Shown: positions 31,253 to 46,098, counted from the first letter of the stretch. The stretch is 64,000 nt of DNA from Eledone cirrhosa (GCA_964016885.1 OZ024740.1:141050001-141114000), one strand, 5' to 3'. Numbers and translations are program-made. Notes: generated by a model not told the origin, from the sequence alone.

Positions 31253-32530
31253 GTCAGGTCACCAGTTGGTGCTACTGGTAACATGTATCCCAGTACAACC
31301 TGTCTCATGGTCGGGTCGTTGGCGACTAAACTGGCAACCCCACCAAGGTTTCTTGGTGAGGAGAGTGACTTTGGACATCCTGCAGGACTAAAAACAAAAC
31401 CTGTCAAAGGGCAAAGGAGCTCTTAAGAGTCAATGGCCATCCAAAATCACCGGGAGAGATTACCCCTTAGCCTTTGTCAAGGCAGAATTCTAGGAGAAGG
31501 AAAACTCTGATATAACACCTGCAACTCTGATGGTATCCAATGATGTTGAATTGTTCTTCTTTTTGGTAAATATCATCTTGGTTAAGAGAGTGGGACTGGC
31601 TTTGTGCAGTGCCTTTGCTCACTATAAAAGCTTCACAGCACAGGCATTGCTTTATATCTGGAGATCTCTCTGCACTTGTCATCACATGGTACCATGGGCC
31701 CTGCACTATGTGTCAATAATGGTCACAAGTGTAGTCTTTGTGCCAGAGTTTTCAAGTCGCTGGCTGGACTAAAAAGTCACATTCGTTCAGCGCATCGGTA
31801 GGGGTTCTCCTACATGGATATAAAGTAGTGGCCGTACTCGAAAACGAGTTGGCAGCCACCATGTATATATATATGTTCACGGCACAGGCATTGCTTTGTA
31901 TCTGGAGATCTCTCTGCACTTGTCGTCACATGGTACCATGGGCCCAGCACTATGTGTCAATAGTTGTCACAAGTGTAGTGTTTATGCCAGAGTTTTCAAG
32001 TCGCTGGCTGGACTAAAAAGTCACGCTCGTTAGGGATTTTCCTACATGGATATAAAGTAGTGGCCGTACTCGAAAACGAGTTGGCAGCCACCATGTATGT
32101 ATGTATGTATGTATGCATCCAAAATCACCGGGAGAGATGACCCCTTAGCCTTTGTCAAGGCAGAATTCTAGGAGAAGGAAAACTCTGATATAACACCTGC
32201 AACCCTGATGGTATCCAATGATGTTGACTTGTTCTTCTTTTTGGTAAATATCATCTTGGTTAAGTGAGTGGGACTGGCTTTGTGCAGTGCCTTTGCTCAC
32301 TATAAAAGCTTCACGGCACAGGCATTGCTTTATATCTGGAGATCTCTCTGCACTTGTCGTCACATGGTACCATGGGCCCAGCACTATGTGTCAATAATTG
32401 TCACAAGTGTAGTGTTTGTACCAGAGTTTTGGCTGGACTAAAAAGTCACACTCGTTTAGCGCATCGGTAGGGGTTCTCCTACATAGATATAAAGTAGTGG
32501 CCGTACTCGAAAACGAGTTGGCAGCCATCA
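31253..32530 (+). mobile_element. Bipartite RTE derivative family 2: full copy 31253-31860 plus partial tandem copies 31876-32092 and 32116-32530
   Basis: 5' end shared with family 1 and the RTE 5' UTR; 3' part encodes the C2H2 remnant CSLCARVFKSLAGLKSHIRSAH; (ATGT)n tails. Confidence 0.85.
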
Positions 32531-32865
32531 TGTATGTATGTATGTATGTATGTATGTGGGTGTGTGTGTATGTATGTATGTATGTATGTATGTATGTATG
32601 TATGTGTGTGTGTATGTATGTGGGTGTGTGTGTATGTATGTATGTATATTTGTGTGTAAGGAGAGACAGGGATCGAGAGTGAGAGAGAGAGAATGAGAGA
32701 GAGGGAGAAAGAGTGAGAGAGAGAATGAGAGAGAGTGTGAGAGAGTGAGAGAGAGAGTGAGAGAAATAGTGTGAGTGAGTGAGTGAGAGAGATAGAGAGA
32801 GAGTGAGAAAGTGAGAGAGAGTGAGTGAGAGATAGAGATAGATAGATAGAGAGAGAGAGAGATAG

Positions 32866-32897
<32 letters not shown>

Positions 32898-32979
32898 GTT
32901 ATTCCGGGTTGAATCGGAGGTAACCACAGTAAGTAAGGTACTCAATACATAGCAGAGTATAAAAGTTTTAATATAGATG

Positions 32980-33083
32980 AGATTCTACAGGACTAGAACT
33001 GTTTCATTCATTAGAAATCATCAGGAATCCCAGGATTCCTGATGATTTCTAATGAATGAAACAGTTCTAGTCCTGTAGAATCT
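32980..33083. ncRNA. Head-to-head pair of complete hammerheads (32980-33030 - and 33033-33083 +)
   Basis: ggattc CTGATGA t ttc taat gaa t GAAACAG ttctagtc CTGTA gaatct and its reverse complement 2 nt away. Confidence 0.85.
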
Positions 33084-33085
33084 CA

Positions 33086-33174
<89 letters not shown>

Positions 33175-33476
33175 AGAGAGAGAGAGAGATTAATACAAAC
33201 ACAATTAGTACATCCACCTGTTTTTCAATAGCGCCCTCTCCCTAACCTCTAGCAATCAGATTTTTACGTTGACCGACTTTTACAACGCCATTCATAATTC
33301 TGGTGATACCATGACGTTCTATCGATCGATTGATCATATTATTTATCATTGTATACACCTATATGTTTATATACACCCACACACTTTTATATGTATGTAT
33401 GTTTGTTTGTATGTATGTATGTATGTATGTATGTATGTATGTATGTATGTATGTATGTATGTATGTATGTATAAAT

Positions 33477-33562
<86 letters not shown>

Positions 33563-33929
33563 CGAAGGAAATGTGGTAAGGAACCAGGTGGACCATAACG
33601 CACCAAAGTACTCAATACTTGAGGTAGTAGAGTGGGTAATAGGAACCAGTAAGACCCCGACAGCTGAGCTCAAGCCGTTTCGACGGCTAATTCTGGACTA
33701 AAAAAAATTATTTTTTTTAGTCCAGAATTAGCCGTCGAAACGGCTTGAGCTCAGCTGTCGGGGTCTTACTGGTTCCTATATATATATATATATATATATA
33801 GATGGAATAGAATGAAACGAAATTTCATTTCTCACTCTTAGTACGGCACTTACTTAAATGTAAGTATAATTTGTATGTATGTATGTATACATACAAACAT
33901 ACTTATATATATATATATATTTATATATA

Positions 33930-35151
33930 GTGGCTGCCAACTCGTTTTCGAGTACGGCCACTACTTTATATCCATGTAGGAGAACCCCTACCGATGCGCT
34001 AAACGAGTGTGACTTTTTAGTCCAGCCAGCGACTTGAAAATTCTGGTACAAACACTACACTTGTGACAATTATTGACACAGTGCTGGCCCCATGGTACCA
34101 TGTGACGACAAGTGCAGAGAGATCTCCAGATATAAAGCAATGCCTGTGCCGTGAAGCTTTTATAATGAGCAAAGGCACTGCACAAAGCCAGTCCCACTCT
34201 CTTAACCGAGATGATATTTACCAAAAAGAAGAACAAGTCAACATCATTGGATACCATTAGGGTTGCAGGTGTTATATCAAAGTCCTGCAGGATGTTCAAA
34301 GTCACCCTCCTCACCAAGAAAAATGGTGGGGTTGCCAGTTTAGTCACCAACGACCCGACCATGAGACAGGTTGTACTGGGATACATGTTACCAGTAGCAC
34401 CAACTGGTAACATGTATCTAATATTATATATACATACATACATATATACATACAAACATACATACATACATATACAAGTGTGTGTGGGTGTATATGTATG
34501 TATGTATGTTTGTATGTATGTATGTATGTATGTATGTATGTATGTATGTATGTATGTATGTATGTATGTATATATATGTATCCCAGTACAACCTGTCTCA
34601 TGGTCGGGTCGTTGGCGACTAAACTGGCAACCCCACCAAGGTTTCTTGGTGAGGAGGGTGACTTTGGACATCCTGCAGGACTAAAAACAAAACCTGTCAA
34701 AGGGCAAAGGAGCTCTTAAGAGTCAATGCCCATCCAAAATCACCGGGAGAGATGACCCCTTAGCCTTTCTCAAGGCAGAATTCTAGGAGAAGGAAAACTC
34801 TGATATAACACCTGCAACCCTGATGGTATCCAATGATGTTGACTTGTTCTTCTTTTTGGTAAATATCACCTTGGTTAAGAGAGTGGGACTGGCTTTGTGC
34901 AGTGCCTTTGCTCACTATAAAAGCTTCACGGCACAGGCATTGCTTTATATCTGGAGATCTCTCTGCACTTGTCGTCACATGGTACCATGGGCCCAGCACT
35001 ATGTGTCAATAGTTGTCAGAAGTGCAGTGTTTGTACCAGAGTTTTCAAGTCGTTGGCTGGACTAAAAAGTCACACACGTTCAGCGCATCGGTAGGGGTTC
35101 TCCTACATGGATATAAAGTAGTGGCCGTACTCGAAAACGAGTTGGCAGCCA

Positions 35152-35153
<2 letters not shown>
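33930..35153. mobile_element. Two family-2 RTE derivatives in head-to-head orientation (33930-34410 -, 34575-35153 +)
   Basis: Alignment with 31253-31860. Confidence 0.85.
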
Positions 35154-35214
<61 letters not shown>

Positions 35215-35378
35215 TACACGGGTGTTTTGATTGTGTATAGAAGATTATTATAGAAGATTATATTAATAAAAGGAATTCCAACTTTGTCTGATTTTCTCGT
35301 TTTATTTACAATCCTTTAATATTTATAATGGTATTAGAATGAAATATTATGGTAGAATATTAAATGTTAAGTGTTAAT

Positions 35379-35417
35379 TGAACAACTACTTTCATGATTT
35401 CGCAATCTTCAGGTTCA
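35379..35417 (-). ncRNA. Degenerate minimal hammerhead within PLE-like fragment 35215-35455
   Basis: tgaac CTGAAGA ttgcgaaatcat GAAAG ta GTT gttca. Confidence 0.6.
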
Positions 35418-35507
35418 CATTCTGTGGTGACAGTCAAGTTTGCAATTTTCAACTATATATATATATGTGTGTGTGCTTGTATATATATGTACACATATAT
35501 ACATATA

Positions 35508-35630
<123 letters not shown>

Positions 35631-35713
35631 ATATACATATATATATATATACATGTATATGTATATAAATATATATGTACAGATATACATATACATATAT
35701 ATATATATATATA

Positions 35714-35822
35714 TGCCCGAAACGTCGTCCCCCACTTACCCCCCACTCTCCTGAGCGTGAAATTAATAAACATTTATTGTACTGCCTCTCTGTTTTGTCC
35801 CTGTTCACATTTTTCCATTACA
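35714..35822 (+). mobile_element. PLE-like terminus starting inside hammerhead stem II
   Basis: gccc GAAAC gtc GTC cccc directly after (TA)n, then AATAAA. Confidence 0.5.
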
Positions 35823-35824
35823 TA

Positions 35825-38270
35825 GGCCTTTCAAAGGCACTTTGCCCGATTGTTCGGGGGAGGCAAGGGTCCGGGCGGGGGCGTGGATTTCGGTCCATAC
35901 CTCGACGGCCTGCCGCGTCTCTCGAGCGAAGAGGCAGAGTCCTGCGAGGGACCAATCTCGGCTGATGAGATCGGAGATGTGCTGAGCCAATGCAGCAGAC
36001 GCAAATCTCCAGGTCTCGATGGTATACCTTACGAACTTTATTTAGCAATGCCGGTCTTCTTCTCCGAACTCCTCGAAGCGATCTACTGCAATTGGCAGCA
36101 GAACGGGAGAATTCCTTGTTCTGTAGCCAAGGGCGTAGTCACGCTGGTGAGGAAGGACGAGAACAAGGGAGATAGTATAAATAATATTCGGCCCATAACC
36201 CTGCTAAACACAGAGTTAAAGATTTTGGCCAAGGTGTTAGCAAAGAGGTTGGCGCTTGTCGTGGGTGGCCTGGTGGGAGATGCGCAGACATGTGCTATCC
36301 CATCCAGGTCCATTCACGATAACCTCCACCTCATGCGATACATAATAGAGAGGGTTGGCAACAAACCCGGCTTCGGTGGGGCCCTGATCAACTTGGATCA
36401 GTCTAAGGCCTTCGATAGGGTCGACCATGGTTACCTGGATGCGGTGCTAGCGGCGGCTGGGTTCGGTCCTGTTTTCAGAGGCTGGATCACATCTGTTCTA
36501 GGATCAAGGTGAACGGCTACCTTTCGAAGCCGTTCGAAATCACACGATCCATTCGACAGGGGTGCCCTCTCTCCTCCCTTCTGTACGTATTGACTCTCGA
36601 GCCTTTACTGAGGAAGTTGGAGTTGTTGCAGGGTATCCCCCTGGAACCAGGATTGAGCAAAGCGGTGTCGGCCTACGCCGATGACGTAACAGTAATGGTA
36701 TCGACCGACTCGGAGATCCAGGCGATCGGTACCTTACTGGAGGAGTACGAAAGGTTGTCAGGAGCGAAACTGAACCGGGAAAAATCCATCGGGCTGCAAC
36801 TCGGAACGTGGAGAGGCAGACCGATGCCTCCTGACGGTGTCGTCGGACACTGGACGGAGGGCCCGGTAAAGTTGCTTGGGGTCTGGTTTGGACCGGACCT
36901 CCAGGTGGAAAAGAACTGGAACGAGGTTACGAACAAGGTGTTTGCACTAACCCAGAAATGGGCCAAGTGTAAGCTGTCCCTAAAAGGCCGGGCGGAGGTG
37001 GCGAACATTTACATAGCGTCCGTCACTTACTACCGCCTGACTGTCGTGCCTTGCCCTAAGGAAACACTCACCACCATGGAATGCATGCTCTTCCAATTTC
37101 TTTGGAAGAAGCGCCCTCCTATGGTGAGAAGATCCATCTGCTGCCAACAACCTTCGAAAGGAGGGCTGGGGATGCCGTGGTTGATGATTCGTAGGCACGC
37201 ATTAAGGCTACGGCACCTACAGGTATTCCTCACTGGTCAACCGGTGTGGGCTCCGTTCGTGAAACGAGCCTTTCCGAGACTCGTCTCGCTCACCGAGCTA
37301 CAGTCCTGGGTCAAGCAAAGATCCGGAAAACTGGGAGACTGGCACACTGAGTGTGCTCAGGCGCTCAGGGCTCTCTGGCAAGCGGGCCAGGCCATCGGTG
37401 GAGAATCCACCTCATCATTCTATAGAGGGCTGATGGCTAGCAGGGGCGATGACACCCTTGGAGAGTCGCTGGACATGGAGGAAGACGAACTGGCCAGCCT
37501 GTTCGGTAGGACTTTCGGTCCAGGACCAATGGACAACTTCCAGAAGTCACTGGCCTGGCAGTGCTACCGGGGGGCTCTACCCGTTTGAGAGAGGCTCTAT
37601 AGACACGGGCGCCCGGGCAGGGATCCCTCAAAAAAGATTTGCCCTAGATGCGTGCGTCACGAAGAAACCGTTGCGCACGCATTGGTGCAATGTCCGGGCG
37701 TGTCTGATCTGTGGGGCTACGCCGAACGACTGCTGTCGCGGGTGGCGCCGATTAAATTGACCGCCGAGTCCGTGATGACAATCAAACCGCCTCCCCTCTT
37801 CACAAAGGAAGCAAAGGCGGTTTTTCTGTGCGTAATAGCCATGTTGAAAGAGGTTGTTTGGTGGACACGATTGAAAGGTCTGAGGTCAGGCAACTTCCTC
37901 TCTGGCCATAGTCTGGTCTACTTCTTCCGATATCACTTCGGAAGAAGGATAAGAATGGAGAGAGAGGTGCTTGGCCACAGGCAGTTTTATGAAAGGTGGG
38001 TGATAGTGGCGAGAATGGCTCGTGTAAATGGGCCTTCTCTGTATACCATCCTGTAGGTAAAGAAGTAAAGGAGAGGGGAGCACCTTCTCCATGTGCTCCC
38101 CGGGCAAAGGATTGCACACTTTTTCGGGGGTGTGTGCAACCCCCATCACGTCCCCTCCCTTTTGAGGTTATTTTCGATTATTTTCATGTTACACCCTTTT
38201 TACTCGATTATATGTAAACTCCCCCTTTGTATTTGTCCCTTCTTTTTATGCCTTTATGGTAAATAAAGAA
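35825..38270 (+). mobile_element. 5'-truncated Tx1/L1-type LINE (ORF2 remnant + 3' UTR)
   Basis: KSPGLDG, RPITLLNTELKILAK, LDQSKAFDRVDH, IRQGCPLS, AYADD, KGGLG and a CCHC zf-RVT tail (C..C...EETVAHALVQC); frameshifts near 36505 and 37630; stop at 37586. Confidence 0.93.
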
Positions 38271-38491
38271 ATATATCTATCTATTTATCTATCTATATAT
38301 AAATATATATATATATATATTATTGAGCCCAGGAGCTTAGAGCAAGCCGTCGGAAAATTGGGCATAAGACAATGGGACATTGAAAGTGAGTGTCTTTCAA
38401 TTGGAAACAAGACAGAAACTGGTGCAGACAAATTATGGAAATGGTCACGTCGGAAGGAGGGAAATATAAATAGTCTTTCGTCAAAAAAGAG

Positions 38492-38689
<198 letters not shown>

Positions 38690-38696
38690 AGAGAGA

Positions 38697-38733
<37 letters not shown>

Positions 38734-38912
38734 GTTGCGCTGGTAAATACGCGTACAAGATCTGCAAGCCGGTGTTGCCTGTTAAATAATTGTTTCTAAT
38801 TTTGGCACAAGGCCAGCAATTATCCAGTAGATTACTGGTACTTTATTTTATCGACCCCGTAAGGCGAAGTTAACCTCGGCGGATTTGAACTCAGAACGCA
38901 AAGGGCCATAAC

Positions 38913-41900
38913 TGTATGCTGCAAAGCATGGTGTCTGGCGCTCTACCGATACAGCCAAAGATGAACTGAATTGCTTGCCAGTTTGTTGAATGCGAATCAT
39001 GGTACCTCTGCATGAATGTATTATATCAGAAACAATGGTTATAGTCTTATGCTTTGGGAAGGTCGTCATATGTTATTTTTTAAATGAATATACGTTTTTA
39101 GAATATATCATTCACTTCCTCTATAATTCTATTCCTTGAATTCTATCACACAATATTTTAAATATATATATAAATTATTCAATTATCAAAGTTGTGTTCA
39201 AATCATTTAATAGCTGACAATCGTTTCTTCCAAACACTCGTTTGGATTCATCGGAGCATTATCATGGTTTGCACATATAATTAACCTCCTATTCAACCGA
39301 ACAATAATATAGATACATATAAATTGATGTTGTGAGCAACAGTTTCGTATTAACAGGGTGGAATGGATGTGATATATATTTTACGAGAATTGTACAATAA
39401 TTGTACAAACATTCAAGTTCAAATTCAAATTCAAATTCAAATTAAATTAAAGTCAAAAGCACAGAGTGGAATACATGCAACAGATAAAACAAGAGAATAG
39501 TCCAATTATTAAAGAGGCATTGAGAAAGTAGATTTGAGAAAGGAAAAGTGCATTAACAATTCATATGCAGTCATGTGGATAGTGCAACTGCGTAAGTCAT
39601 ATACATGAGAAGGAGACAAGCAAAGCTATTATACATATATAGATGAATAAATACTGCACTTTAAGCAAATATGTTAATGTATTAGAATCTATGGTGGGTG
39701 TTGAATGTTGATAGTGTTCGAATTAATGTGTGTTGAGAAACATACAGTTTTTGCGGACTTTTCCATTACATATGTTAAATTAAATTTTAGTTAATGTTTA
39801 TATTGAATGTTTTAAGTAAGTTAGTTAGAGCACTGGATTGTAAATTAGTCTTAATGATTGTCTCCTTCTCATGTATATGACTTACGCAGTTGCACTATCC
39901 ACAGGACTGCATATGAATTGTTATTGCACTTTTCCTTTCTCAAATCTACTTTCTCAGTGCCTCTTTAATAATTGGACTATTCTCTTGTTTTATCTGTTGC
40001 ATGTATTCCACTCTGTGCTTTTGACTTTAATTTAATTCGAATTTGAATTTGAATTTGAACTTGAATGTTTGTACAATTATTGTACAATTCTCGTAAAATA
40101 TATATCACATCCATTCCACCCCGTTAATACGAAACTGTTGCTCACAACATCAATTTATATGTATCTATATTATTGTTCAGTTGAATAGGAGGTTAATTAT
40201 ATGTGCAAACCATGATAATGCTCCGATGAATCCAAACGAGAGTTTGGAAGAAACGATTGTCAGCTATTAAATGATTTGAACACAACTTTGATAATTGAAT
40301 AATTTATTTATATATATATATATATATATATTTAAGATATTGTGTGATAGAATTCAAGGAATAGAATTATAGATGAAGTGACTGATATATTCTAAAAACG
40401 TATATTCATTTAAGAAATAACATATGACGACCTTCCCAAAGCATAAGACTATAAACATTGTTTCTGATATAATACATTCATGCAGAGGTACCATGATTCG
40501 CATTCAACAAACTGGCAAGCAATTCAGTTCATCTTTGGCTGTATCGGTAGAGCGCCAGACACCATGCTTTGCAGCATACATAGACTATATTTGATCAACC
40601 GTTGAATATTCAAGCGTTAATTTCCGGAAGTGAATAAGGGGAGCTAGTGTGTAAGGGGAGGTAACTAGCTAATTAAGTTCAATTCAGTTATTAAAATTCT
40701 TTGTTCTAATACACAATATAATGTGATACCATTGGATCTCTGTTACATAACGCTGTATATTTATACCTGATTTTAAATACAGTGTATTTTACTATCATAC
40801 ATTAAAGGTCTCTTTAGATTGTTATCTATTCATTACTGGACAAGGTATATGTTATGAAGGATTATATAGCTGTTAATATGTCATAATAGATATGGTATAT
40901 GTGTAATTATTGTTTTGAAAGTTAATCCCTAATATACAATGCTATTACATTTTATATTTAATTATAAATGTATATATACTTTATTATTATTATGTTGTGT
41001 AATTTAAGCATTTAATTATACAATTATAAATTACAATAATTACACATATACCATATCTATTATGACATATTAACAGCTATATAATCCTTCATAACATATA
41101 CCTTGTCCAGTAATGAATAGATAACAATCTAAAGATACCTTTAATGTATGATAGTAAAATACACTGTATTTAAAATCAGGTATAAATATACAGCGTTATG
41201 TAACAGAGATACAATGGTATCACATTATATTGTGTATTAGAACAAAGAATTTTAATAACTGAATTGAACTTAATTAGCTAGTTACCTCCCCTTACGCATT
41301 AGCTCCCCTTATTCACTTCCGGAAATTAACGATTAAATATTTAACGGTTGATCAAATATAGTCTATGAATATGAATGCATTAAGACTAATTTACAATCCA
41401 GTGCTCTAACTAACTTAAAACATTCAATATAAACATTAACTAAAATTTAATTCAACATATGTCCTGGAAAAGTCTGCAAAAACTGTATGTTTTTCAACAC
41501 ACATTAATTCGAACACTATCAACATTCAACACCCACCATAGATTCTAATACATTAACATATTTTCTTAAAGTGCAGTATTTTTCATCTATATATGTATAA
41601 TAGCTTTGCTTGTCTGCTTCTCATGTATATGTCTAACGCAGTTGCACTATCCCCACGACTGCATATGAATTGTTAATGCACTTTTCCTTTCTCAAAACTA
41701 CTTTCTCAATGCCTCTTTAATGATTGGACTATTCTCTTGTTTTATCTGTTGTATGTATTCCACTCTGTGCTTTTGACTTTAATTTAATTTGAATTTGAAT
41801 TTGAATTTGAACTTGAATGGTTGTACAATTATTGTACAATTCTCGTAAAATATATGTCACATCCATTCCACCCTGTAAATACGAAACTGTTGCTCACAAC

Positions 41901-42190
41901 ATCAATTTATATGTATCTATATTATTGTTCAGTTGAATATGAGGTTAATTATATGTGCAAACCATGATAATGCTCCGATGAATCCAAACGAGAGTTTGGA
42001 AGAAACGATTGTTAGCTATTAAATGATTTGAACACAACTTTGATAATTGTATAATTTATTTATTTATTTTCCTGCTCTGTAAAACAACTGATGTTCATAC
42101 ATTGAGCTATTTCTCTTACTGGTAATAAGGTAATAAAAAATTACTGACCTTCCTGTTTATAGTTGTTTATACTATATACATAACTATAAA
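38913..42190. mobile_element. Large PLE-like palindrome with secondary inverted duplication; hammerheads 39209-39260 (-), 40217-40268 (+), 41969-42020 (+)
   Basis: Inverted pairs 38913-39619/39858-40580, 40579-40913/41033-41367 and 39171-39856/41378-42059; aatgct CCGATGA a tccaaac gaga gtttgga a GAAAC gatt GTC agctatt. Confidence 0.85.
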
Positions 42191-42196
42191 TATTAT

Positions 42197-42352
<156 letters not shown>

Positions 42353-42420
42353 TGTAATAAACAACATAAGGTAATTATTGAAAGCAAACAAATTTTGCTT
42401 TCAATCATCAGAATGAAAAA

Positions 42421-42524
<104 letters not shown>

Positions 42525-43559
42525 CAAGGTAATAAATGAAAGGATTAAGTACTAAATTTTACCAAACAGGGTCCTGAGAAGTCTCTTGCAATACAGTCAG
42601 ATATTAAACCAAATCCAAACTGGATCCTAGAATAGGCAAAATTTTAAGACGCGAACAATATATTTATTATTACTTATTTTTGGTTAACTGGATCTTTATA
42701 ATAGAAGGGTATTTAGTGCTGACCGGGAAATAATGGTTGCAGATTTAGGCACAAAGACAACAATTTGGGGTGAGGAGAAAGTCGATTGAATCGACCCCAG
42801 ATCGTTACTAGTACTTTATCGATCCCGTAAGGATGAAAGGCAAAGCTAACATCGGTGGGATTTGAAATCAAAATGTAGAGGGACGTAACTATATGCCGAA
42901 AAGCATGTTGTCCGACGTTCTACCAACACCGCGAATCCTTTGTTGTTGAACGAGAATTTTGGTAATTCCACTAGGTAGTGACTTTTGGGAGACTTTAAAA
43001 GGTAGTTTGTGGAGAAAGCCTTTGAAAAATACGGTGGGTGGTCACAGTTGCAAACAGTGACGACTGGAGCGCTGTTGAGAAGAGGGTAGATGGGCACGGT
43101 AGGATCACCTTTTAAAAAGACGGTAGGTTAAGTTAGAGCAGCGTTAAAAAGGGTATAGGGTCATAGCTAGGGTACCGTAAAGCAAGAGGATGGACGATCT
43201 AAGCTGATGGGCAAGATATTGAAAGAAAAAAATTGAAATATAAAGAGAAAGGAGCTGGACACATTTCACGAAAATTATGTGTTGTGTGTGTGTGTGTGTG
43301 GGGGGGGGGGTCCCCTGTTTCTATGTTGTGTTTTCCCATATGCATCTTTTTGACAGCTTGGTGTAAACTGTCATGCAACCTGGGCTCAATATAATACAAT
43401 GCCATTTTATTCACGAAATAGTATTTCTCAGGGGGTGGCTGAAGAGAAGTGGAAGATTTTATTCGTTCGTCCCAAGTGTTTCGTTTATTTTATGGCAACT
43501 TTGGCTTCATATATATATATACAATATATATACATACATATACATACACATATATCTAT

Positions 43560-44080
<521 letters not shown>

Positions 44081-44328
44081 TTGAACTCTCAGCAAAGTAG
44101 GTCAGGTCCTCACACATACTACTCCCTGGGCAACATGATGTTCATTTTTTTTTGTGTCGAATTATTGACGCCACTTAGTCTGGTGAAACAAACCAACTGA
44201 GGTGAGTGTCACTTTATTTGAGATAACAACAGAGGGGGACAAACAGCTGCCCTATGTCAATCGGTAGTTGTAGAGTTGATACCGACCAGCTAAGATGTAG
44301 TGATCAACTATCTCACATAGACTCCTTT

Positions 44329-44409
<81 letters not shown>

Positions 44410-44603
44410 TGTGTGTCTCTCTCTCTCTCTTTCGCTGGCAGGCCAACGAAATTCATCGAATCCAGAAAAGTTTCGTAAATATATTTTTAATAATACCTTT
44501 GCAAGCAAACACGCATGCACATCATACTTAATACACAGCATCACACAATTCAACTACGGTTATTTGTTATTCATGTATTATCGTATAACTTCGACGAAAG
44601 TTA

Positions 44604-46098
44604 TCTACTTATATATATAACCAGCAATTTCTCTGTCTGTCTGTCCGACAGTGGAAACACGTGCGTAGAGAGAGAGTGAGAGTGAAAGAAAGAGATAGAC
44701 TACGAGAGGGGGATAGCGGGAGGGAGAGAAGGAGAGAGAGAGAGTGAATAGACGCTAAAACACGTGCTACAGAAACATTACCTTCCCCTCTCCACTGACT
44801 TTGGTCACTGAGGCCGAGGGAATCGCGCTGAGCGCGTCATAATGACGTAATGCAGACAGCCAGACATGCAGACAGCCAGACATACAGACAGATATTATAA
44901 GGGCGCAACGTTATATCTATGTATCTATCTAAAAAGAAAGACTAAGAATTATATAGAGAGAATGCTAAATCACCTAATGCGGTCCCTAGGGCATTAAAAA
45001 TTTGAAATAATTTTTGCTCAAAACACTCACAGGACCATAAGTATTACATGTCTAAAGTTTGAAAACAATCGGTTGGATGGTTCTCAAGTTTAAGTGAGCT
45101 GACAGACAGACATTCTCTGTTTTAGATATATAGACGAGCAGAAAACCGTCCCCCCGGGTGGTTTTCTGCTAGTCTATATATATAAAACTGAGGATGTCTG
45201 TCTGTGTGTGTGTGAGTTTGAATCCCTAAAACTCGAGAAGCACCGAATCGACTGTTTTCAAACTTTACACATGTAATACTTATGTTTCAGGGAGTGTTCT
45301 GAGCAAAAAAAGTTTCAAATTTTCAATGCCCTAGGGACCGCATTAGGCAATTTAGCGATCTCTCTCTATAATTCTTAGTCTTTCTCTTTTTAGATAGATA
45401 CATACATATAACGTCGCGCCCTTATAATATCTGTCTGTATGCCTAGCTTACGTCACTTCCCTGAGGATGTTTGTCTGTGTGTGTGTGTCTGTGAGTTTGA
45501 ATCCCTAAAACTCGAGAAGTACCCAACCGACTTTTTTCAAACTTTACATGTGTATTACTTATGGTTCAGGGAGTGTTATGCACACACATAAAAAAATTCA
45601 ACTTTTTGGTCCCCTAGGGCGCCGCATTAGGTGAAAAACTGCGTTTTTTACAGGTCTTTAGGGGGGTTTTGAGACGTTACGTCAGACTGATTTCCTTGAA
45701 ATTGTAACTATGTATTAGTCAGTCTCTTCTTCATACCGTGAGCAAAGAAAATCCAACTTTTTTATGGCCTAGGGCCCGCATTAGGTAAAAAAACTTCATT
45801 TCTTTCCAGCTTTTGGGGCTTTTTTGAGGCGTTACGTCTAGCCGATTTTCCCGAAATTTCAAGGCATATTATGCACATAAAAAAATTCATTTTCTTGATC
45901 CCCTAGGGCCCGCATTAGGTGAAAACCTGCATTTTTCCTGCTTCATCGAGGAAAATCTTAAAGATTATCCAGCCATCAGAGTATTCAGTTTATTTTCTTT
46001 ACATATTGCCAAGGTATGCAGTGTTTCCACGATTAGGTCTGTTGGCGGCCCACGTTCCAAAATACCTTATCCCGTGCAACGCCGGGTACCACTGCTAG
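44604..46098 (+). mobile_element. Composite non-autonomous Helitron (units 44604-45172 and 45173-46098)
   Basis: 5' TCTAC/TCTATATATATAAAA starts; 3' hairpins AGCAGAAAACC..GGTTTTCTGCT and CCCGTGCAACGCCGGG each with CTAG; inserted between A and T, no TSD. Confidence 0.8.
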
